From positions 385,773-449,772 of the forward strand of contig CAWGAU010000004.1 of NCBI GenBank assembly GCA_963820715.1: a DNA stretch of 64,000 nt, written 5' to 3'. The DNA comes from an uncultured Actinomycetota bacterium (GTDB lineage: Bacteria > Actinomycetota > Actinomycetes > Streptomycetales > Streptomycetaceae). The translations under genes were made by a program, and so were the position numbers. The notes below the pieces were generated by a model that worked only from the letters and a program-made list of their open reading frames with translations, did no database searches and was not told where the DNA came from. Positions 56,866-64,000 of this stretch are shown here, piece after piece; the stretch's first letter is position 1; each line of letters begins with the position of its first letter.

Positions 56866-59267
56866 TCAGGGCGTGTCGGGGCCGGGCTCCGCGCCGTGCG
56901 CCGAACCCTGCTGGCCGCGCCGCCGCGGGGCCCGCCCCGGCGGCTGCTCCGGCTGCGGCAGGTGCGGGAACCGCGGCAGGTCGCGCACCACCGGCCGGTC
57001 CGTGGTGAGCGTGAACGGCTCCTCGTAGTGCAGGATTTCGAGCGGCGCGCCCTGCGCCAGCGTGTACGTCGCCGTGCTGTGCCGCACCTCCACCCTCAGC
57101 CGGCGGCCGCGGAAGAGCAGCCGGAAGGCGATCCGGCTCAGCGCGTGCGGCAGCCGCGGCGCGAAGCGGATCGAGTCGCCGTTGAACAGCCGCATCCCGC
57201 CCAGCCCCGCCACCAGCGCGGTCCAGGTGCCGGCCAGCGCCGCGATGTGCAGCCCGTCCCGCGCGTTGTTCTCCAGGTCCTCCAGGTCCATCATCGCCGA
57301 CTCGCCCAGGTAGTCGTACGCCAGCGACAGGTGCCCGACCTCCGCGGCGATCACCGACTGGCAGTACGCCGACAGCGAGGAGTCGCGCACGGTCAGCGGC
57401 TCGTAGTACGCGAAGTTGCGGGCCTTCTGCTCCGCGGTGAAGGCGTCCCCGCGCAGGTACATCGCCAGCACCAGGTCCGCCTGCTTGACCACCTGCTTGC
57501 GGTACAGGTCGAAGTACGGGTAGTTCAGCAGCAGCGGGTAGTGCTCGGGGTCGGTGGCGGCGAAGTCCCAGCGCTGGTGCCGGGTGTAGCCGTCGGACTG
57601 CTGGTGCACCCCGAGGTCCTCGTCGAACGGCAGGGTCATCGCCGCCGCCGCGTCCCGCCAGGCCGCCGTCTCCTCGTCGCTGACGCCGAGCGCGGCCGCG
57701 TGCCGCGGGTGGCGCTCGGCCGCGTCCGCCGCCGCCACCAGGTTCCCCTGCGCCATCAGGTTGGTGTACGACGTTGTCGTCGCTGACCGCGCTGTACTCG
57801 TCCGGCCCGGTCACGCCGTCGATGTGGAAGGCGCCGGCGTGGTCGTGGTGGCCCAGCGAACGCCACAACCGGGCGGTCTCCACCAGGAGTTCGAGCCCCA
57901 TGTCGACCTCGAACTGCTGGTCGCCGGTCGAGGCGACGTAGCGCACCACCGCGTCGGCGATGTCGGCGTTGATGTGGAAGGCGGCGGTGCCCGCCGGCCA
58001 GTAGCTCGACGCCTCCTCGCCGTTGATGGTCCGCCAGGGGAACGTCGGCGCCGCTCAGGCCCAGTTGGCGCGGCCCGCTCCCGGGCGGCGGGCAGCATGT
58101 TGTGCCGCCAGCGCAGCACCTCGGCCGCGGCCCGCGGCACGGTGAAGGACAGCAGCGGCAGCACGAACGTCTCGGCGTCCCAGAAGGTGTGGCCGTCGTA
58201 GCCGGAGCCGGTCAGGCCCTTGGCCGGGATGGCCCGCTCCTCGGCCCGGGCACCGGCCTGGAGCACGTGGAAGATCGCGAAGCGCACCGCCTGCTGGATC
58301 TCGGTGTCGCCGTCCACCTCGACGTCCGCGCGCTCCCAGAAGTCGTCCAGGTACGCGCGCTGCTGGTCGAGCAGGCCCTGCCAGCCGGTGTCGCGGGCGC
58401 CGACCAGCGCCGCGTCGGCCTGGTCGCGCAGCGCGGGCAGCGAGCGCGCCGCCGACCAGCCGTAGCGCGACGAACTTCTCCAGCCGCAGCCGCTGCCCCG
58501 GGTCCAGCACCGAGGTGACGGTCAGCCGGCTGACGTCGGCGCTCGACTCCGAGGACACCTGTGTGGTGCCCTGCGGGCCGTCCACCCGGTGGTCCGCGGC
58601 GGCCGCCAGCCGCAGCTTGCTGCGCACGGTGGAGTGGATCAGCCCCAGCCGGGTGCCGTTCGCCGCGTGCTCCTCGCCGTGCAGCGGCGACTCCAGCGCG
58701 GCCGCCACCCGCGGGTCGCCCAGCGTGCGGGCGATCTCCTCGTTGGCGACCAGTTCGGACTGCACCACCACCCGCACCTGCTCGTCCAGCGGCTCCACCT
58801 CGTAGGCGATCGCGGCCACCGCCCGCTGCTGGAAGGACACCATCCGGGTCGAGCGCACCCGCACCGCCCGCCCGGCCGGCGACACCCACTCGCACTCCCG
58901 GCGCAGCACCCCGGCCCGCATGTCCAGCTCCCGCTCGTGCGAGCGGATCGTGCCGTAGCGCAGGTCGAACGGCTCGTCGTCGACCAGCAGCCGGATCAGC
59001 TTGCCGTTGGTGACGTTGATGACCGTCTGGCCGGACTCGGGATAGCCGTAGCCGGCCTCGGCGTACGGCAGCGGGTGCAGTTCGTGCAGGCCGTTGAGGT
59101 ACGAGCCCGGGCAGGCCGTTCGGCTCGCCCTCGTCGAGGTTGCCGCGCCAGCCGATGTGCCCGTTGGACAGGGCGAACACCGACTCGCTCTGCGGCAGCA
59201 GCGTCGAGGTTCAGCTCGGACTCGCGCAGCGACCAGGGGGCGACCTCGTAGGCGGGGTGGGTGATCA
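56866..59267 (-). CDS. GH65 family alpha-glucoside phosphorylase (maltose/trehalose/kojibiose phosphorylase-like); many frameshifts; 5' boundary with pgmB uncertain
   Basis: N-terminus: HPAYEVAPWSLRESEL...GLPGSYLNGLHELHPLPYAEAGYGYPESGQTVINVTNGK. Catalytic: GYDGHTFWDAETFVLPLL. C-terminus: NYPYFDLYRKQVVKQADLVLAMYL...GLHIAALAGTWTALVAGLGG. Confidence 0.8.
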
Positions 59268-60009
59268 CGCGCTCCACCCCGATCAGGTCGGCCAGGTCCT
59301 GCACGACGGTGTCCGCGCCGTGCCGGCGCAGCTCCTCGGCCTGGCCGACCCGGTCCACCCCGACCACGTAGCCGAACCGGCCCTCGCGCCCCGCGTCCAT
59401 CCCGACCAGCGCGTCCTCGAAGACGGCCGCCTGCCCCGGCTCGACGCCCAGCTCCTGCGCCGCCGTCAGGAAGGTGTCCGGCTTCGGCTTGCCGCGCAGG
59501 CCGCGCTCCAGGGCGACCGTGCCGTCGACCCGTACGTCCATCAGGTGCTCGATGCCCGCGGAGACCAGCACGTCGCGGCAGTTCGCGCTGGACGACACGA
59601 CGGCCGTGCGCAGTCCCGCGGCGCGCACCGCCTCCACGTAGCGGACCGAGCCGGGATAGGCGGCCACGCCCTCCTCGCGGATCTTCTCCAGCACCAGGTC
59701 GTTCTTGCGGTTGCCCAGTCCGTGCACGGTGCTCGCCGTCGGCGGGTCGTCCTCCTCGCCCTCGGGGAGCTGGATGTCCCGCGAGGCCAGGAAGGTCCGC
59801 ACCCCGTCCGCGCGCGGCCGGCCGTCCACGTAGGCGTCGTAGTCGTCCTTGCCGTCGAACGGCCGGAATCCGTCGCCCTCCAGGCCGCGCAGGAAGTCGT
59901 CGAACGTCTCCTTCCAGGCCGCGGCGTGCACCAGGGCGGTCGGTGTCAGCACCCCGTCGAGGTCGAACAGGCAGGCACGTACTCCGTCGGGCAGGCCGAT
60001 CTGCGTCAT
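59268..60009 (-). CDS. pgmB: beta-phosphoglucomutase (HAD superfamily)
   Basis: MTQIGLPDGVRACLFDLDGVLTPTALVHAAAWKETFDDFL...AVVSSSANC...LRGKPKPDTFLTAAQELGVEPGQAAVFEDALVGMDAGREGRFGYVVGV. Confidence 0.75.
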
Positions 60010-60084
60010 AGCCGACCTTGTGCCCGCAACGCCCGGCCCGCATGCCCCCGGGCGGTGAAGTCCCCCCGACTCGCCGAACGCCGG

Positions 60085-60751
60085 TCAGCCGCCGAGCCGG
60101 TTGATCTCCGTGCTGTGCAGGATGTGCGGCCCCGCGCCCTCCAGCCCCACCACCGCCAGCATCGCCCGGCCCAGCGCCTGTGTGGTCGTCACATGGCCGG
60201 GCGCCACCCGGCGCAGCACCGGGTACAGCCATGACGCGGCCGCGTACATCGTCCGGTACCAGCCGGTGCGCGACCGCTCGCCGTGCAGCGGCTGGACCCA
60301 GCCGGGACGGAACATGTACGCCCGCATGTCCATGGCCAGCAGCGCGTTCTCGGTGCGGCCCTTGACCCGGGCCCAGCCGGAGCGGCCGTGCTCGGTGCTG
60401 TCGGTGCCCTCGCCCGAGACGTAGGTGAAGGTCAGCCCGGGGTTGCCGGCGGCGACGGTGCGGGCGGCGGCCAGCGTGCAGTCGTAGGTGATCCGGGTGT
60501 AGTCCTCTGGGCTGTGGCCCGGCGGTGGACACGCCCAGGCAGTAGAAGCACGCGGCGGCGCCGGACAGTTCGGCGGCGACCGCGGAGAAGTCCGTGAAGT
60601 CGTCGTGGAACACCTGGCGCAGCTTGGGGTCGGAGCGCTCCAGCGGACTGCGGGCGACCGCGACCACCTCGGTCACGTCCGCGTCGCGCAGGCACTCGCG
60701 CAGCACGCCCTGCCCGACCATCCCCGAGGCACCGAAGAGGATCACCTTCAT
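60085..60751 (-). CDS. NAD(P)H-binding (NmrA/epimerase-like) protein; frameshift ~60520
   Basis: MKVILFGASGMVGQGVLRECLRDADVTEVVAVARSPL. C-terminus in another frame: MDMRAYMFRPGWVQPLHGERS... Confidence 0.65.
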
Positions 60752-61022
60752 CGCCGGCCGTCGCCGCCTTCCCGTCGTCGGTGTCCCCGCGTACGCGGGG
60801 AACCACCGGGACAGTGTGCCCCAGACGGGGTGGCCCGGAGCGCACGCCCCGGGCCGTGCGGTCCGGCGCCGGCGTCCGCGATCCCACTCACCGGCCCAAG
60901 AGCGGGCCGGCGCAACGGGGTCGGGTCATCCCCCGGGCGACCTGCCGGCCTGCCGGATGGGCGCGGGCGGCGCCGCCGGACAGGCTGGGAGGGAGCCGCC
61001 CGCACCCACCAGGGAGTCCGCC

Positions 61023-61295
61023 TTGCCCACACGCCGAGCCGCCCTCGTATCGGCCGCCGCCGTCACCCTCCTCGCCCTGCCCGGACGGGCCGCCGCCGCG
61101 GCCGCGCCGGGCACGCCCGCCGCTCCCGGGGAGCGGCTGCGGCTGGGACTGCCGGAGCCGAGCGGGCCGTACGCCGTCGGCGCCGACCGGGCCGTGCTGG
61201 CCGCCTTCTTCGACCGCTTCCTGCGCGGGCGCGACGACCGCGGAGTGCTCGACGGACCGTCACCCCGTCTGCCGGACGTGCGGTTCTTCTCCTGA
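61023..61295 (+). pseudogene. remnant of a secreted alpha/beta-hydrolase (signal peptide + extreme C-terminus only; internal deletion)
   Basis: RBS AGGGAG then TTG. LPTRRAALVSAAAVTLLALPGRAAAAAAP...LPEPSGPYAVG joined directly to ...VLAAFFDRFLRGRDDRGVLDG. The ~200-aa catalytic core is absent. Confidence 0.35.
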
Positions 61296-61377
61296 GCGGG
61301 CGCCCTTGCGGACCGGGCGGGAGCCCCGCGGTGCGGCGGACCGGAGCGCTGGCCTCCGCCGCCCGCGTTCCGGCAGG

Positions 61378-61791
61378 ATGGCCGCCATGGTCTTCATGGT
61401 GTTCTCGGCGGTGATGCTGGTCATCGGCGTCGTCGCGGCGGTCGGGTCCGGACGGAAGGAGCTCGCCTTCCAGCGGGCCAAGCGCCAAGGCGTCGAACTC
61501 CAGGCCGAGGTCATGGACAACGCCCCCTCGCCCTCGGGCAACAAAGGCGCCTACTACCTGACCCCCGTCGTGCGCTACCGCCTGGAGGGACACACCTACA
61601 CGGCCGAACTCGCCAACGCCTCCGCCACACCGGGCATCGCGCGCGGCAGCGGCGTGACGATAGTCGTCCACCCCGACCACCCGTACGAGCCGTTCGACCG
61701 CTACGGCGGGATGGGCGCGATGGCCCGCGGCTCGCTGCTCTTCCTGCCGCTGTCCCTCGTGCTGGTCGCGATGGCGGCCGCCCGCCTCTGA
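61378..61791 (+). CDS. DUF3592 membrane protein, paralog 2 (intact)
   Basis: MAAMVFMVFSAVMLVIGVVAAVGSG...AYYLTPVVRYRLEGHTYTAEL...GVTIVVHPDHP...SLLFLPLSLVLVAMAAA. Confidence 0.65.
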   Translation: MAAMVFMVFSAVMLVIGVVAAVGSGRKELAFQRAKRQGVELQAEVMDNAPSPSGNKGAYYLTPVVRYRLEGHTYTAELANASATPGIARGSGVTIVVHPDHPYEPFDRYGGMGAMARGSLLFLPLSLVLVAMAAARL

Positions 61792-61823
61792 CCGGCGGGA
61801 CGCCCGGCCGGCCCGGCGGCGCT

Positions 61824-62872
61824 CAGCGGGTCAACTCCGCGCGGGTGGGCGGGTCCGCGCCCTCGCGGGCACAGGTCAGCGAGGCCGCGCGGGCGGCCAG
61901 CGCGAGGGCGTCGGCCACGGCCGCCGGAAGCGTGCCCGGCGCCGGTCGCCGCGCGCAGCGCCGCCCGGGCCGGTCCGGCCGGGCCCAGCAGCCCGGCCCG
62001 CAGCAGCCCGCTGAGCAGCCCCGCGGTGAACGCGTCCCCGGCGCCGACGGTGTCCACCACCTTGACCGGCGGCGGCGTCACCTCGGTGCTGCCGCCGCGC
62101 CACCAGGCGCGGGCGCCGCGCGCGCCGAGCGTGAGCACCACCAGCGAAGGGCCGCCGTCCTGCCGCGCCCAGCCCGCCGCGACCTTGCCGGCGTCCTGCC
62201 CGGGGTACAGCCACGCCAGGTCCTCGTCGCTGGCCTTCACCACATCGCTGGCCGCCACCAGCCGCTCCACCCGGGCCCGTTCGCGCTCGGGCGGACCCAG
62301 CAGCGCGGGCCGCAGGTTCGGGTCGTACGACACGGTCACCGCCTGCCGCGCGGCCTCCACCGCGGCCAGCACCGTGTCCGCGCCCGGCGGCAGGGCGGTC
62401 GCGATCGACCCGGTGTGCAGGTGCGCGGGCGCTCCCGCGCCGATCGCGGCGACCGTCGCGGCCGACAGCTCCCACGCGAGGTCGAAGTCGTACGTCGCCG
62501 CGCCGCGCGCGTCCAGCACCGCCGTCGCCGTGGACGTCGGCGTGTCGTCGGCGCAGCCGGGCAGCAACTCCACGCCGCTGCCGCGCAGATGCGCGGCCAG
62601 CCGGCCGCCGAGCCGGTCCCGGCCGATCCGCGTGGCGAACCGCACCGGGTGGCCGAGGCGGCCCAGGCCCAGCGCCACGTTGGCCGGGCTGCCGCCGGGC
62701 ACCTCGCGGCCGCGGCCGTCCGGGCCGACCATCACGTCGGTCAGCGCCTCGCCGATGACGAGCGCGGCCCGGGCGGGTCCGACGGCTGCGCGGGCCCGAC
62801 GGCGGCGGGCTGGACGGGTGTGACGGGCTCGAACGGCCTGCCGGGCTCGACGGGCTCGACGGGCTCCGCCAT
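61824..62872 (-). CDS. PfkB-family carbohydrate kinase (fructokinase-like) with Pro-rich N-terminal extension; frameshifted
   Basis: RBS GGCAGAGGAG then ATG. ALVIGEALTDVMVGPDGRGREVPGGSPANVALGLGRLGHPVRFAT...VVDTVGAGDAFTAGLLSGLL. Confidence 0.75.
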
Positions 62873-62953
62873 GTGAACTCCTCTGCCGTGGAACGGGGCT
62901 TCGTACCGCACGCGCCACCGCACCGGGCCGGATGCCGCGCGCAGGTCCCAGAT

Positions 62954-63953
62954 CTACGGCACGACCTGGATCTTCCGCCCCTGCCCCGCCTGGAACCGCT
63001 GCAGCGCCGCGGCGTAGTCGCACCAGCGGCAGCCGGTCGCTGATGAACACCTCCGGGTCGAGCACGCCGCCCGCGAACAGCTCGGCGGCCCGCTCGTAGC
63101 TGTGCAGCACGGCCATCGAGCCGGTGATGGTGATCTCCTGGTTGTAGATCCGGTACGGCTCGATGGTGGCCCGCGCCGCGTAGTCGGCGACGCCGAACTG
63201 GAGGAAGGTGCCGCCCTTGCCGACCCGGCCGAGCGCCGTCCTGGATGGCCTGCGGCGTTGCCGGTGGCGTCGATGACCACGTCCCAGCCGCGCGGCCGTT
63301 CGATCGCGTCGGCGCTGGTGGCCGTGGCGGAGCAGCCGAGCGTGCGGGCGGTGGCCAGCCGCTCCTCGTTGATGTCCACCATGTCGACGGTGGCGGCGCC
63401 GGTGCGCTTGGCCAGTTCCAGCATCATCAGGCCCATGGTGCCGGAGCCGTAGATCAGGACGTGCGCGGCCAGCTGGGCGCGCAGGATGTCGTAGCCGCGC
63501 ACCGCGCAGGACAGCGGCTCGATCAGCGCCGCGTCCTCGGGTGCGCGACGTGCTCGGGCAGCTTGACGCAGTTGGCGGCCGGGCGCGGCCGCGTACTCGG
63601 CGGCGCCGCCCGGCACGGTGACGCCGATCGCGGCCCACCGCTCGCACAGGTTGTTGCGGCCGATCCGGCAGTAGTGGCACTCGTGGCAGTACAGCGACGG
63701 GTCGACCGCGACCCGGTCGCCGATCGCGCAGCTCGGCGCACCTGCGGCGCCGACCGCGACGACCTCGCCGGCGAACTCGTGGCCCGGCACGATCGGCAGG
63801 GTCGGCGCGAACTCGCCCTGCAGGATGTGCAGATCGGTGCCGCACAGACCGCACGCGGCGACCTGCGACCACCACCTCGCGCGGGCCCGGCGCCGGGTCG
63901 TCCACGGTCTCGACGCCGACCACGCCGGGCGAGCTGATGACGGCTGCTTTCAC
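62954..63953 (-). CDS. Zn-dependent alcohol/polyol dehydrogenase (MDR family); frameshifts
   Basis: GTG start after GGAG. MKAAVISSPGVVGVETVDDPAPGPREVVV. Second frame: GHEFAGEVVAVGAAG...CHECHYCRIGRNNLCE...IYGSGTMGLMMLELAK. Confidence 0.8.
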
Positions 63954-64000
63954 TTGACGGCTCCAAGGGAGAGGCCCTGGACGAGCTTGTCCTGGGCGGC

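Overview
High-GC (~72%) actinomycete chromosomal segment, Streptomyces-like by codon usage and gene content. I can support about 65 protein-coding genes; no rRNA, tRNA, CRISPR array or transposase was found.

Gene content, in order along the window:
- glpF-glpK glycerol module, 3' end cut by the window start.
- XRE-HTH/cupin regulator convergent with an HTH-fused N6-adenine DNA methyltransferase.
- A carbohydrate-utilisation locus: a ~1190-aa secreted GH3 enzyme with three tandem F5/8-type-C (CBM32) domains, ribulokinase araB, GH27 alpha-galactosidase with an NPCBM domain, a GH16-like protein, and a GH18 chitinase whose promoter carries a DasR-type dre box.
- An atypically arranged K+ locus: an APC permease, kdpD-kdpE, a second APC permease on the opposite strand, then a new 27-aa TM peptide, kdpFABC and an orphan second kdpE.
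- An ECF sigma factor in frame with an MGMT (ogt), followed by a second ogt.
- An intact family-1 encapsulin gene downstream of a DyP-type peroxidase cargo that carries a C-terminal cargo-loading peptide.
- MOSC-FNR-ferredoxin protein, glgX, two aldo/keto reductases, gnd, dedA, a GH25 muramidase, sthA, a pgmB-GH65 phosphorylase module, and a PfkB kinase with a Zn-dependent alcohol dehydrogenase.

Main caveat: roughly two thirds of genes longer than ~1 kb are interrupted by single-base frameshifts. Short genes are intact. This pattern fits indel errors in the assembly better than mass pseudogenisation. Coordinates of frameshifted genes are therefore approximate.

Most interesting non-coding signals:
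- A conserved ~80-nt leader shared by kdpD and the kdpF operon, partly shared with the upstream APC permease.
- An identical 16-bp perfect palindrome in the promoter regions of the GH3 gene and the methyltransferase gene.
- A heptanucleotide microsatellite abutting the RBS of a DUF1232 gene.
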